From sequence record SRR2962707_777: DNA of 37,065 nucleotides; one strand, given 5' to 3'. A program made the translations under genes and the position numbers. How positions within the stretch are numbered: the first letter of the stretch is position 1; every line of letters begins with the position of its first letter. Positions 1 to 10,408 of the stretch are shown here, piece by piece. The notes below the pieces were generated by a model that worked only from the letters and a program-made list of their open reading frames with translations, was not told the origin of the DNA and searched no databases.

Positions 1-12
1 CAGAACAGACAA

Positions 13-1341
13 ATGCGTTTGAGATTTACAGCAATTAGTGCGGCGATAATGTTTGCATTTTCCTCGTTTGCTCAGGAAAATGAGGTAGTGATCGATAAGA
101 TCATAGCAAAAGTAGATGACTATATCATTCTCAAATCTGAGCTGGAACGCTCCTATTTGGATTTCCTTTCACGTGGAGAAATGCGTGGCAGTAATGCCAA
201 ATGTCAAATTTTACAGCAGTTAGTAGTCAATAAAATGCTGATGGCGCAATCAGAGATTGATTCAATTTTTGTTGATGACGCTGAGGTAAATAGCAACCTT
301 GACAGAAGGATGTCAGTAATGGCTCAACAATTTGGCGGTGAAGAGGCGATCGAAAATGCTTATGGAAAAAGTATTGAGCAGATCAGATCAGAAATTTTCG
401 ATAACATCAAGGAGCAGCTCACCATACAACGGATGCAATCCGAACTTACCTCAGACCTAAAAGTTACTCCTGGAGAAGTTAGAAAGTTTTTCAAACAAAT
501 ACCTCAGGATTCGCTCCCGTATTTTTCTACAGAGGTCTCCATTGCCCAGATCGTAAAAGAAGCCGAGCCAGGTAAGACCCAAAAAGATAAGGTGAAGAAC
601 TTCATGTTGGACATAAGAAGTCAACTTGAAAGCGGTATCGACTTTGCAGTTCTAGCTAAAAAATACTCTCAGGATCCCGGTTCAGCCGCTAAAGGGGGAC
701 AGCTTGGGTTTTACAGTCGAGGAGAGTTAGCGCCCGAATATGAAGCCGCTGCTCTGTCCATGAAACCAGGGGAAATTTCCATGCCTGTAGAAACCCAGTT
801 TGGTTTTCACCTAATCCAGCTTCAGGAAAAAAGAGGTAATACATTTAAAACCCGACACATTTTGATTAGCCCACAACCCAATCAAAACGACTATCAGCGA
901 GCAGAAAATTTTCTTGATAGCTTAAGAACCTTAATTCAGCTAGATAGCATAACGTTTCAAGCCGCCGCAAAGGAGCACTCAGATGATCAGGAAACATCGT
1001 CTGCTGGTGGATTTTTTCAGGATGAGACAGGGGCATTAAGAGTTCCTGCCGAGCAGCTGGATCCGAATATTTTCTTCACCATTGACACAATGAAAATCGG
1101 TAACATCACGAAACCAATTCGGTTTCAGAAAAAAGATGGGACCTATGCATTTAGAATAATCTATTACAAGAACAAAATAGCGCCACATCAGGCCAATCTG
1201 GATGAAGATTATCAGAAAATTGCCAATGCTGCACTCGCCCGAAAGAAAAACTCCAAAATTTCTCAGTGGTTTGAAAAAGCACGTGGTAATGTCTTCATAG
1301 AAATAGACCCTGAATACGATTATTGTAACCTCGAAAACTAA
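13..1341 (+). CDS. surA: SurA-type peptidyl-prolyl isomerase/periplasmic chaperone
   Basis: Signal peptide ending AQ; SurA N-domain (IDKIIAKVDDYIILKSEL); parvulin domains (FAVLAKKYSQDPGSAAKGGQLG, PVETQFGFHLIQL). Confidence 0.9.
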   Translation: MRLRFTAISAAIMFAFSSFAQENEVVIDKIIAKVDDYIILKSELERSYLDFLSRGEMRGSNAKCQILQQLVVNKMLMAQSEIDSIFVDDAEVNSNLDRRMSVMAQQFGGEEAIENAYGKSIEQIRSEIFDNIKEQLTIQRMQSELTSDLKVTPGEVRKFFKQIPQDSLPYFSTEVSIAQIVKEAEPGKTQKDKVKNFMLDIRSQLESGIDFAVLAKKYSQDPGSAAKGGQLGFYSRGELAPEYEAAALSMKPGEISMPVETQFGFHLIQLQEKRGNTFKTRHILISPQPNQNDYQRAENFLDSLRTLIQLDSITFQAAAKEHSDDQETSSAGGFFQDETGALRVPAEQLDPNIFFTIDTMKIGNITKPIRFQKKDGTYAFRIIYYKNKIAPHQANLDEDYQKIANAALARKKNSKISQWFEKARGNVFIEIDPEYDYCNLEN

Positions 1342-1383
1342 ATTACGATTAAAAGGAGCAGTCAACTAAAAGAATAATTGAGC

Positions 1384-2346
1384 ATGGCAGAAACCGCAGA
1401 CGTGAAACTCGCAGATGAATTAGCAAAAGATTTTCAAAATCTTGAGTCAGAAGTTTCGAAGAAAATAATTGGACAATCTGATGTAGTCCGACTGCTCATA
1501 ACTGCACTATTCTGCAATGGTCACTCGCTTTTAGTCGGGGTACCCGGTCTGGCTAAAACATTGCTAGTTCAAACAGTTTCAAAATGTCTAGGATTGGATT
1601 TCAACAGAATCCAGTTTACACCGGATTTGATGCCATCAGATATTCTTGGAGCCGAAACATTGGACAAAGAACGTAATTTACGGTTCATCAAAGGGCCTGT
1701 ATTTTCCAATGTAATACTGGCCGACGAAATCAATCGAACACCTCCAAAAACACAATCTGCTTTGTTGGAGGCGATGCAGGAAGGTGCAGTTACCATCGCA
1801 GGACAGAATTATGATCTGGATAAGCCATTCTTCGTATTGGCAACTCAAAACCCAATAGAACAGGAGGGAACATACCCACTTCCGGAAGCGCAGTTAGATC
1901 GCTTTATGTTTATGATAAAGCTGGACTATCCTAAATATAAAGATGAAGTCGAGGTGATTAAAAGCACCACTTCTCAACAATTAGGTGAAGTGGAAGAAAT
2001 CATTTCTAAAGATAAAATCCTAAAATATCAGGAGCTGGTGAGAAAAGTACCTGTAGCTGATAATGTGTTTGAATACGCTGTGAACCTTGTGTCAAAAACA
2101 CGTCCACTAGGAGAGAAAGCTGATAAATTAGCTCAGGAATATCTGGAATGGGGTGCCGGTCCACGAGCGGGCCAATTTTTGATTTTGGCAGCTAAATGCA
2201 ATTCCCTTATCACTGGGAAATATTCTCCTGACATTGAAGATGTGAAGCTGGTTGCTGCTCCAGTTCTTCGTCACAGAATCGTCCGGAATTTCAAGGCGGA
2301 AGCAGAAGGTGTTACAGAGGAAAAAATCATTTCTGAACTTCTCTAA
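1384..2346 (+). CDS. moxR: MoxR-family AAA+ ATPase
   Basis: Walker A GVPGLAKT, RIQFTPDLMPSD, Walker B ILADEINR, ATQNPIEQEGTYPLPEAQLDRF. ATG at 1384 preferred over TTG at 1378. Confidence 0.92.
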   Translation: MAETADVKLADELAKDFQNLESEVSKKIIGQSDVVRLLITALFCNGHSLLVGVPGLAKTLLVQTVSKCLGLDFNRIQFTPDLMPSDILGAETLDKERNLRFIKGPVFSNVILADEINRTPPKTQSALLEAMQEGAVTIAGQNYDLDKPFFVLATQNPIEQEGTYPLPEAQLDRFMFMIKLDYPKYKDEVEVIKSTTSQQLGEVEEIISKDKILKYQELVRKVPVADNVFEYAVNLVSKTRPLGEKADKLAQEYLEWGAGPRAGQFLILAAKCNSLITGKYSPDIEDVKLVAAPVLRHRIVRNFKAEAEGVTEEKIISELL

Positions 2347-3350
2347 AATTGCTTCAAAAAACGGACATCATTTTCTGAGAATAACCTAAGATCATCGATT
2401 TGGTATTTAAGCATAGTGATACGTTCAATGCCCATACCGAAAGCAAATCCACTATATTTAGTCGAATCGATCCCGCAGTTTTCCAATACATTTGGATCCA
2501 CCATTCCTGATCCAGCAATTTCCACCCACCCTGTTTGCTTACAAATCTTACAGCCGCTTCCTCCACAAATGAAACAGCTAATATCAATTTCTGCACTCGG
2601 CTCTGTAAATGGAAAATAAGAAGGTCTTAACCTGATCTTGGTTTTCTTACCAAACATTTCCTTAGAGAAATGATAAAGTGTATTCTTCAGATCTCTGAAA
2701 CTTATGTTTTCACCCACGACCAATCCTTCAACCTGATGAAAGAAGCAATGAGCGCGTGCTGAGATAGCCTCATTTCGATATACTCTACCGGGCATAATGG
2801 ATCGAATGGGTGGTTTTTTCCTGCCCATCAATCTGATCTGAACGTTGGAGGTATGAGTTCTTAGCAGGATATCCGGATTCTTTTCAATGAAGTAGGTATC
2901 CTGCATCTCTCTGGCAGGATGATTTTCCGGGAAGTTGAGGGCAGTGAAGTTATTCCAGTCATTATCAATTTCCGGACCATCTTCCACATTAAAACCCTGA
3001 CGTTCAAAAATCTCAATGATTCGACTTTTCGTTTGAGAAATGGGGTGGATAGACCCCTCCATACCATATGCCCCGGGTAGCGTTACATCAATATCACTGG
3101 TTGATGATTGTCCTGCTCTTACAGAATTGGATAACTCCTTTAACTTGTCCTGAGCGAGATTTTTTAAATTATTAAGTGCCGGGCCAAGTTCTCTTTTTTG
3201 CTCCGCCGGAACTTGCTTGAACTCTTCGAAAAGATCATTGATTACGTTGTTTCTCCCGACAAACTTTAAGCGGAAGTTTTCCACCTCCTCTTCTGTATTG
3301 GCAGTAGCATTTTCTACTTCAGAAATGAATGATTTTACCTTTGCGAGCAT
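2343..3350 (-). CDS. pheS: Phenylalanine--tRNA ligase alpha subunit
   Basis: HPAREMQDT, LRTHTS, GRVYRNE, FHQVEG, YFPFTEPSAE, GFAFGMGIERITMLKY motifs. Confidence 0.97.
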   Translation of the reverse strand: MLAKVKSFISEVENATANTEEEVENFRLKFVGRNNVINDLFEEFKQVPAEQKRELGPALNNLKNLAQDKLKELSNSVRAGQSSTSDIDVTLPGAYGMEGSIHPISQTKSRIIEIFERQGFNVEDGPEIDNDWNNFTALNFPENHPAREMQDTYFIEKNPDILLRTHTSNVQIRLMGRKKPPIRSIMPGRVYRNEAISARAHCFFHQVEGLVVGENISFRDLKNTLYHFSKEMFGKKTKIRLRPSYFPFTEPSAEIDISCFICGGSGCKICKQTGWVEIAGSGMVDPNVLENCGIDSTKYSGFAFGMGIERITMLKYQIDDLRLFSENDVRFLKQF

Positions 3351-3376
3351 ATGTTTTGCAGTTCAAGAATTAACCG

Positions 3377-3384
3377 CAAAAATA
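3377..3384 (-). promoter_or_regulatory. Putative Bacteroidota -7 promoter element (TATTTTTG) for pheS
   Basis: Exact TAnnTTTG match on the minus strand ~27 nt upstream of the pheS ATG; no clear -33 element seen. Confidence 0.6.
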
Positions 3385-3388
3385 GCAA

Positions 3389-4477
3389 TTATACTGAGGT
3401 ATGCGATTTACTCATCTTGATTTCAGGAGGAATGAGTTTGGCAAGTCTTGCTGCCTCTCTTCTCATTAATTTTCTATCTAGCAAAGCACCGGTCATGATG
3501 GTCGTTAGTGTCATAGTGAGCATGATCCATAGTTCACCAATACTTTGAAATGTTACAGCAAACATGATCATTAGTACGTTATAGCAGGCAAGCCAAATCG
3601 TTGATTGACCATGATTTAATCCTAACTTCAACAATACGTGGTGGATATGATTTCTGTCTGGAGAGAGTGGTGGCCTTCCGGTAAAAATCCTAATTAGCAT
3701 CACTCTCAATGTGTCGTATACTGGCAACACGAACAAAGCCAAACTTGTAGCTACCGGAGACAAAATTGTTGATGGAGGTATAGGGGTAGTTAAAAACTTC
3801 ACCATTAATACCGTAAGCATAAAACCAAATAACATAGAGCCTGTATCACCCATAAATACTTTTGAGGGATACCAATTGTATAATAAGAAGCCTAATGTTG
3901 CTCCCGAAATAGAAAAGGCTAGTGCAGAATTAATGTATAGCCCACTTTCAAAGGCTGTCCATCCAAGGAAGACCGAAATTATTATAGCGATGCTTCCTGC
4001 TAACCCATCAATCCCATCGATGAGGTTAAATGCATTGGTCATTGCTACAATGACAAATACGGTGAAAATCTCGTCAAAGATCCAGGGAAAATTGTTTACT
4101 CCAAATAGTCCGTTGAACCCCTCGATCTTGACACCTCCTAAAAATACCACAAGGAATGCGGCAAAAATCTGTACTACAAGCTTATGCTGAGCTAATAGAC
4201 TTGACAAGTCATCTCTTACACCAAGTAAAAAAATAAGTGCTGTTGCTCCTAACAAGTACTTCTCGGTTGCTAAATCAGCGATGGGCAATGCCATTAATAG
4301 CGCCATGATTATTCCAATAAATATGGCGATACCCCCAAGTGATGGTGTGCTAACACTATGAATCTTTCTCTTATCCGGACGATCCAGCAGGTCAATAGAT
4401 CTAAAGATCCTAATTACTACAGGCATCAGTGTAAGCGTTACTAAGAACGAAGTGGCTATGGCGAGCGGCAGTCCCAT
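3389..4477 (-). CDS. WecA/MraY-family (PNPT) undecaprenyl-phosphate N-acetylhexosamine-1-phosphate transferase
   Basis: Polytopic membrane protein with TPSLGGIAI, GVRDD, NAFNLIDGIDGL, VFMGDTGS and DRNHIHH motifs. Confidence 0.9.
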   Translation of the reverse strand: MGLPLAIATSFLVTLTLMPVVIRIFRSIDLLDRPDKRKIHSVSTPSLGGIAIFIGIIMALLMALPIADLATEKYLLGATALIFLLGVRDDLSSLLAQHKLVVQIFAAFLVVFLGGVKIEGFNGLFGVNNFPWIFDEIFTVFVIVAMTNAFNLIDGIDGLAGSIAIIISVFLGWTAFESGLYINSALAFSISGATLGFLLYNWYPSKVFMGDTGSMLFGFMLTVLMVKFLTTPIPPSTILSPVATSLALFVLPVYDTLRVMLIRIFTGRPPLSPDRNHIHHVLLKLGLNHGQSTIWLACYNVLMIMFAVTFQSIGELWIMLTMTLTTIMTGALLDRKLMRREAARLAKLIPPEIKMSKSHTSV

Positions 4478-4604
4478 GATTTTAATTTTGCAGACTTACG
4501 GCATTACACTTAAAGTCTGCTTCAAAAATGTTGATTTTTTAAGGGATATTTTAACTATTTCGGCAAAAGGATGGATTTTATAGTTGAAATACATTTTTGC
4601 AATA

Positions 4605-5609
4605 TTATAATGATTTTTGCCACTCCCATGCGGACCGGGTCATATCATCCAGACCCAGTTTTGCTTTCCAACTCAATATATTATTCACTTTAGAGGTATC
4701 CGCATAAATCTTCTCAATATCTCCCGCCCTACGATCGACTATCTCATAATTCAGACTTAATCCCGAGACTGATTCGAACGACTTGATAACCTCCAAAACA
4801 GAATAACCTTTTCCAGTGCCGACATTGAAAAAATCGTAGTTCCCTTCCATTTCACCTGCAAACTCCAAAGCCGAAATATGCGCTTTTGCCAAATCAACTA
4901 CATGAATGTAATCTCGAATACAGGTTCCATCCGGTGTATTGTAATCACCTCCAAACACATGGAGTTTTTCTCTGATTCCAGCAGCTGTCTGAGTAATAAA
5001 CGGAACCAGGTTATTCGGCACACCCAAAGGCAGCTCTCCAATTAGAGCACTTTCATGCGCACCTATTGGATTGAAATATCGCAGAGAAATTGCCTTTAAT
5101 GATGGGGTTACTTTGCAGTAATCCTCGATAATCTCCTCACAAATCTGCTTAGTGTTTCCATAAGGTGATTCAGCTGGCTTCTTGCGTGTGTACTCTGTAA
5201 CTGGAAGCTTGTCAGGCTGGCCATATACCGTACACGAAGATGAAAAGACGAATTGTTTTACACTATATTCCTCACTCATCTCCAACAGGTTAAGCAGAGA
5301 TACAATATTATTTTGATAGTAGAGAAGTGGCTTTTTTACAGATTCGCCCACTGCCTTTGACGCTGCAAAATGAATGATTGCGTCTATTTCATGATTTTCA
5401 AAAAGCACTCTGACAGATTCCTTATCTACCAGATCGATTTGAATGAAATCAATCTTTTTACCAGTTATCTTCTCAATGCTGTCCTTTACTCTAAGTTCAG
5501 AGTTGGAAAGGTTATCTACAACTATGACTTTGTAGCCTAGATCTTGCAATTCCACACAAGTATGTGAACCGATAAAACCAAGTCCTCCGGTAACCAAGAC
5601 CTTCTCCAT
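4605..5609 (-). CDS. galE: UDP-glucose 4-epimerase
   Basis: GGLGFIGSH, HFAASKAVGES, YGNTK, LRYFNPIGAH, DGTCIRDYIHVVDLA. Confidence 0.95.
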   Translation of the reverse strand: MEKVLVTGGLGFIGSHTCVELQDLGYKVIVVDNLSNSELRVKDSIEKITGKKIDFIQIDLVDKESVRVLFENHEIDAIIHFAASKAVGESVKKPLLYYQNNIVSLLNLLEMSEEYSVKQFVFSSSCTVYGQPDKLPVTEYTRKKPAESPYGNTKQICEEIIEDYCKVTPSLKAISLRYFNPIGAHESALIGELPLGVPNNLVPFITQTAAGIREKLHVFGGDYNTPDGTCIRDYIHVVDLAKAHISALEFAGEMEGNYDFFNVGTGKGYSVLEVIKSFESVSGLSLNYEIVDRRAGDIEKIYADTSKVNNILSWKAKLGLDDMTRSAWEWQKSL

Positions 5610-5612
5610 GAT

Positions 5613-6983
5613 TTAATATGCTTTTTGATCTCCCTGGATAATTGATATCGCCGTAAGAACAATAATCTTTAAATCAAGAACTAAGGACCAATTCTTCACA
5701 TAGAAGCGATCTAATCTTACTCTTCCACTCATATCACTAAACTCCGCCGTTTCTCCTCGAAACCCTCTTGCTTGTGCTAACCCGGTAATCCCCGGCTTTA
5801 CCGCGTGCCTTTGCCAGAAACGATCAATTTGGGGTTGGAATTCTTCGTTTAGCGCAATTGGATGTGGTCTTGGTCCTACCACAGACATATCGCCTAAAAA
5901 TACATTGATGAACTGAGGCAACTCATCAATAGAAGTTTTTCTTAAAATTGCTCCAATTTTTGTAATACGACTATCATTTTTTGTCGCCTGTTTAAAGGCT
6001 GCATTCTTTTCGTAGGTCATCGTTCGAAACTTCCAACATAAAAAGAAATCATTGTCTTTTCCGTGCCTTTTCTGTTTAAAGAAGACTGGGCCCTTAGACT
6101 CCATTTTAATAAGTAAACCTATTATTGGTATCAACCATGAAAGTATAAGAAGGATAAAAATCCCTGAAAAAATTAAGTCAAAGACTCGTTTAATAAACCG
6201 GTTAACTACACTATCCAGCGGAATAGCATTCACATTGATGATGGGAATACTTCCAAACTGCTCAATGGACAGGTTGTAATTCGCAAGCCTACTAAATTGT
6301 GAGATCAGGTTAACTTTAATTAGATTGTTTTCTGCAAAGTCAATAACATCTTTAACCTGTTCATCACTGAGGTTGGGTAGGCAGCAAAATACCATATCTG
6401 CTTCCCTGGAAAGGGTGAATTCTTCAAAATTTTCCAATTGTTCGTCCGCCTCATCATCGTTATCTACAACTCCTACTAATTGGTAACCCAATTCCGGGGT
6501 TTCCTTAAAGTACTGTGTGAGGGAATCTGATAAATCCCCTTTCCCGATGATGACCACTCTGCGAATGTTGTACCCTTTGACCCGATAATACCTAATCACA
6601 TAGTGCCATATGCTTCTCCAGAAAAGTATGGTAATCGTAAAAATGAGATAGGTTACAAAAAGATGCTTCCTCGAATAGTCTATCGGCTGTAAAGCAAACC
6701 ATAGGGCAAATACGATGGAAAGATTGACAACCAAGCCAGTTAATACCTTATTCAAATGGTCAAGAAGTCGCGAATTCCGATTGATCTCTTGCAAACGAGA
6801 GCTAAAGAAAACCCCAACCCATATCACATTAAGAATTAATTGGAGTAACTGATAATCATAAGAAGGAATCAAATCACCAAACCGATAGTGGTTTGCCGCC
6901 AATATCCCAATATTCAGGCATACTAAATCTGCTATCAGAAATAGGATAGGGAAATACTGGGAATATCGGTGATGAGTGGGCAT
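5613..6983 (-). CDS. Undecaprenyl-phosphate glucose phosphotransferase (WcaJ-like PHPT initiating transferase)
   Basis: N-terminal TM helices plus bacterial sugar-transferase domain (KFRTM, SIDELPQFINV, GDMSVVGPRP, KPGITGLAQ). Confidence 0.9.
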   Translation of the reverse strand: MPTHHRYSQYFPILFLIADLVCLNIGILAANHYRFGDLIPSYDYQLLQLILNVIWVGVFFSSRLQEINRNSRLLDHLNKVLTGLVVNLSIVFALWFALQPIDYSRKHLFVTYLIFTITILFWRSIWHYVIRYYRVKGYNIRRVVIIGKGDLSDSLTQYFKETPELGYQLVGVVDNDDEADEQLENFEEFTLSREADMVFCCLPNLSDEQVKDVIDFAENNLIKVNLISQFSRLANYNLSIEQFGSIPIINVNAIPLDSVVNRFIKRVFDLIFSGIFILLILSWLIPIIGLLIKMESKGPVFFKQKRHGKDNDFFLCWKFRTMTYEKNAAFKQATKNDSRITKIGAILRKTSIDELPQFINVFLGDMSVVGPRPHPIALNEEFQPQIDRFWQRHAVKPGITGLAQARGFRGETAEFSDMSGRVRLDRFYVKNWSLVLDLKIIVLTAISIIQGDQKAY

Positions 6984-7002
6984 CCAGTTCTTAAATAGGC
7001 TA

Positions 7003-7010
7003 CAAATATA
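7003..7010 (-). promoter_or_regulatory. Putative -7 promoter element (TATATTTG) for the wcaJ-like/galE unit
   Basis: TAnnTTTG match ~20 nt upstream of the ATG at 6983, in a 175-bp intergenic gap. Confidence 0.6.
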
Positions 7011-7158
7011 GTGGTTTCAACTACTTTCTCAGGTGAACAAAGTGAAAAGAGTAGAGGACATTATCGAGGAGAGAAAGAACTGATTAAAATCAATTTTAGG
7101 ACCCGAAGAGACGCTAGGATCAGGATTGAAGGTTGTTATTATGCTTAATTATAAATAT

Positions 7159-8088
7159 CTACCAACCTGTCTTATCCACTTGCTGATAAACTGAGCGAAT
7201 ACCCTCTTCCAATTCAATAGATGGTTTCCAGCCTAAAGCCCTTAATCTTGAGCTATCCATCAACTTTCGTGGGGTTCCATCTGGCTTACCAGAGTCAAAT
7301 TGTAGTTCACCTTCAAATCCAACTACATCTTTTATCATTAAGGCAAGTTCTTTGATAGATAAATCTTCTCCGAAACCAACATTTATGGTCTGTCCATCAC
7401 TATAATTTTCCATTAGAAAAACACATGCATCTGCTAAGTCATCAACATGTAGAAACTCCCTCATTGGCGAACCAGAACCCCATATTTCAACATATGGCTT
7501 GTTGGAATGCTTAGCCACATGAAACTTTCTTATCAGTGCTGGTAATACATGTGAGTTGCTCAAATCATAATTATCATTTGGTCCATACAGATTGGTAGGC
7601 ATAGCACTAATAAAATCTACGCCATATTGATCTCGGTAGGTTTCACATAGTTTTATTCCGGCAATTTTAGCAATCGCATAGGGTTCATTCGTTGATTCCA
7701 GAGGACCGGTAAGTAAAGAATCCTCATGTATCGGCTGGGTAGCCCACTTAGGATAAATGCAAGAACTCCCAAGGAAAAGGAGTTTTTTCACTCCATTTTT
7801 ATGTGCCTGATGAATGACGTTGGCTTCAATCATTAAATTCTCATACAAGAATTGCCCCCTAAATACATTATTGGCATGGATACCACCAACCTTAGCTGCT
7901 GCTAAAAAAACATATTCAGGCTTTGTCTTTTCAAAAAAAGACTTTACCTCCGATTGATTGATTAAATCCAGTTCAGTGGAAGTTCTATAGACAAGATTAT
8001 TATACCCCTCACCCTTTAGTTTCCTAACTATTGCAGAGCCAACCATGCCACGATGACCTGCAATATAAATTTTAGAATCCTTATTCAT
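7159..8088 (-). CDS. fcl: GDP-L-fucose synthase
   Basis: [48 protein letters not shown]; adjacent to gmd. Confidence 0.95.
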   Translation of the reverse strand: MNKDSKIYIAGHRGMVGSAIVRKLKGEGYNNLVYRTSTELDLINQSEVKSFFEKTKPEYVFLAAAKVGGIHANNVFRGQFLYENLMIEANVIHQAHKNGVKKLLFLGSSCIYPKWATQPIHEDSLLTGPLESTNEPYAIAKIAGIKLCETYRDQYGVDFISAMPTNLYGPNDNYDLSNSHVLPALIRKFHVAKHSNKPYVEIWGSGSPMREFLHVDDLADACVFLMENYSDGQTINVGFGEDLSIKELALMIKDVVGFEGELQFDSGKPDGTPRKLMDSSRLRALGWKPSIELEEGIRSVYQQVDKTGW

Positions 8089-8096
8089 TTACTCAA

Positions 8097-9209
8097 TTAC
8101 TCTGCCTGATTCAATATTTCATGCCCACCTTCCAGCAAGTATTTGTCTTTTTCAAAAAGCTGTAGATCGCTTTCCATCATTTCCTTAACTAGCAACTCAA
8201 GTGTATATTGTGGTTTCCAATCCAACTTTTCCTTAGCCTTCGAAGAATCTCCTATCAATAAATCTACTTCAGTTGGTCTAAAGTATTTAGGGTCGATGCG
8301 TATCACCTGTTGACCAACATTGAAAGAGTATTTCGAGTTGGAGGTAGACTTTACAGTACCAATCTCATCCACCCCTTCTCCTTTAAATTCAATTTCCACT
8401 CCGACTTCTTTGAAAGCCATTCTTAAGAAATCCCTTATGGTGGTAGTCACTCCAGTTGCCAAAACAAAATCTTCCGGTTTCTCTTGCTGAAGCATCAGCC
8501 ACATTCCTCGTACATAATCCTTTGCATGGCCCCAGTCCCTTTTGGAATCAAGGTTTCCCATATATACTACATCCTGGAGACCCAAAGCGATTTTGGAAAC
8601 AGCTCTCGTAATCTTACGAGTCACAAAGGTTTCACCTCTAAGTGGAGATTCATGGTTAAAGAGTATCCCGTTGCAGGCGTACATATTATAGGCTTCTCGA
8701 TAGTTCACGGTTATCCAGTAGCCATAAAGCTTCGCTACTCCATAAGGCGACCGGGGATAAAAGGGTGTTTTCTCAGTTTGAGGAACTTCCTGAACAAGTC
8801 CGTAAAGTTCAGAGGTGGAGGCCTGATAAATTCGTGTTTTTTCCGTTAGTCCTAGAAGCCTAACTGCCTCCAGCAGACGAAGTGTACCAACTGCATCTAC
8901 ATTTGCCACGTATTCCGGAGTGTCGAAGCTAACCCGTACATGAGACATGGCACCCAGATTATAGATTTCCTCTGGCTGTATCTCTTGGATCAACCGAGTC
9001 AAATTCATGGAATCTGTGAGGTCACCATAGTGAAGAAAAAGCCTGGTATTGGGTTTATGAGGATCCTGATATAAGTGATCTATCCGGTCGGTATTGAAGA
9101 GAGACGAACGACGTTTTATACCGTGTACTTCATATCCTTTTTCCAGAAGAAGTTCTGCTAAATATGCTCCGTCTTGGCCTGTAATACCTGTAATGAGTGC
9201 TTTTTTCAT
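8097..9209 (-). CDS. gmd: GDP-mannose 4,6-dehydratase
   Basis: [50 protein letters not shown]. Start taken as the ATG at 9209 (MKKAL), not 9263. Confidence 0.96.
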   Translation of the reverse strand: MKKALITGITGQDGAYLAELLLEKGYEVHGIKRRSSLFNTDRIDHLYQDPHKPNTRLFLHYGDLTDSMNLTRLIQEIQPEEIYNLGAMSHVRVSFDTPEYVANVDAVGTLRLLEAVRLLGLTEKTRIYQASTSELYGLVQEVPQTEKTPFYPRSPYGVAKLYGYWITVNYREAYNMYACNGILFNHESPLRGETFVTRKITRAVSKIALGLQDVVYMGNLDSKRDWGHAKDYVRGMWLMLQQEKPEDFVLATGVTTTIRDFLRMAFKEVGVEIEFKGEGVDEIGTVKSTSNSKYSFNVGQQVIRIDPKYFRPTEVDLLIGDSSKAKEKLDWKPQYTLELLVKEMMESDLQLFEKDKYLLEGGHEILNQAE

Positions 9210-9211
9210 AT

Positions 9212-10408
9212 TTAAAATAGCTCCTGATATGCCTTTATTAATTTCTTTGATTGGAATTTCCACTCTAACTCATTCCTCATTCTTTTCAATCCAAATTCAC
9301 CCATTTTTCTTTTAACAGAGTTATCTGAATCACATAACTCAACAATTTTGCTTGCAAAATCACGTAAATCATGAGGTCCGGCATACAATGATGCATCAAG
9401 AGCTGACCTTCGACCCTCTAAAACATCAAACTGAACGATTGGTTTTCCTAATGCCATGTATTCCATGATCTTATTCATGGTGGATTTGTCATTTAGAGAA
9501 TTGACCGGATCGGGATTAACACACACATCGCAAGAAGAAAGAGTTGTTAGCAATTGTTCATCTGATACTCTTCCTGTAAAGTCAATGTATTCTGTCAATC
9601 CTAAGCTAACACTTAAACCTACTAATTCATCATAACATGGGCCACTACCAACAAGTACAAATTGAATATCAGTTCTTTTCAACTCATTCACTATAATATT
9701 TGCAGCTTTTACTAATTGGTCTACCCCATCAAATTCACCCATTACACCTAAATATCCTACCAAATACTTCCTTCCTTTCTTTAGAGCATCATTAATTTCT
9801 TGCAATTTGAAAAAAGACAGGTCAGGACCGCTTCGTACTACATGCACTTTATCAGGCTCTTTTTTCCCTCTTTTTATGGCAATTTCTTTATACGATTCAT
9901 TAGTCGAAATGACGATATCAGCTGTTTTGAAAGTAACCCTTTCGGCGATTTTCAGCAAATGATAAAAAAATCCTCTCTTATTGAACTTTGATTCAAAAAG
10001 CTCGGGATTCAAATCATGATGATCAAAAATCACCTTGCATTTAAAAAACCATTTAAACCATAAAGTCACTAAAAAAAGTATATCCGGGGGATTACAAATT
10101 TGGATAATGTCAAACCCGTGTTTCCTTCTGATTTTTATGGCAAGTCTGAACTCATGAAATAAAGCTACTGAATATTCCCGAATGTAGCCTGAAGCAGAAC
10201 TTTTCTCCGAGGGAAGCTTATGCCTATATATATTTATTCCATTTATGTTTTCATAAGACTTCTCAAAGCCCTTTCCCTTAGGACAAATGATTGACACCTC
10301 GTATCCATTATTTTTAAGTGTATTGGATTCCATCCACACTCTTCTATCAAACGGGAGTGGAAGGTTTTCGACAATAATTAGGACTTTTCTACCAGGCGAT
10401 CCCTTCAT
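9212..10408 (-). CDS. Glycosyltransferase family 4
   Basis: GT-B features, [13 protein letters not shown]-terminus, [14 protein letters not shown]. Likely start MKGSPGRK at 10408, overlapping the dehydrogenase stop (alternative start 10423). Confidence 0.88.
   Translation of the reverse strand: MKGSPGRKVLIIVENLPLPFDRRVWMESNTLKNNGYEVSIICPKGKGFEKSYENINGINIYRHKLPSEKSSASGYIREYSVALFHEFRLAIKIRRKHGFDIIQICNPPDILFLVTLWFKWFFKCKVIFDHHDLNPELFESKFNKRGFFYHLLKIAERVTFKTADIVISTNESYKEIAIKRGKKEPDKVHVVRSGPDLSFFKLQEINDALKKGRKYLVGYLGVMGEFDGVDQLVKAANIIVNELKRTDIQFVLVGSGPCYDELVGLSVSLGLTEYIDFTGRVSDEQLLTTLSSCDVCVNPDPVNSLNDKSTMNKIMEYMALGKPIVQFDVLEGRRSALDASLYAGPHDLRDFASKIVELCDSDNSVKRKMGEFGLKRMRNELEWKFQSKKLIKAYQELF

Noticed and set aside
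1351-1358. Shine-Dalgarno-like aaaaggag before moxR
   Set aside because: Too far from the start codon, and Bacteroidota rarely use SD sequences.
3711-4190. 159-aa plus-strand ORF (and 26213-26650, 1036-1365, 8484-8849 and other short overlapping ORFs)
   Set aside because: Fully within well-supported genes on the opposite strand or another frame; no protein-like features.
4483-4490. Plus-strand TAATTTTG as an antisense promoter to galE
   Set aside because: Short AT-rich motif with no downstream plus-strand gene; likely chance.
9210-9263. N-terminal extension of gmd in the ORF track (likewise wzz 23882-23929)
   Set aside because: Family similarity begins at the downstream ATG; the extensions overlap the upstream gene or a promoter/repeat.
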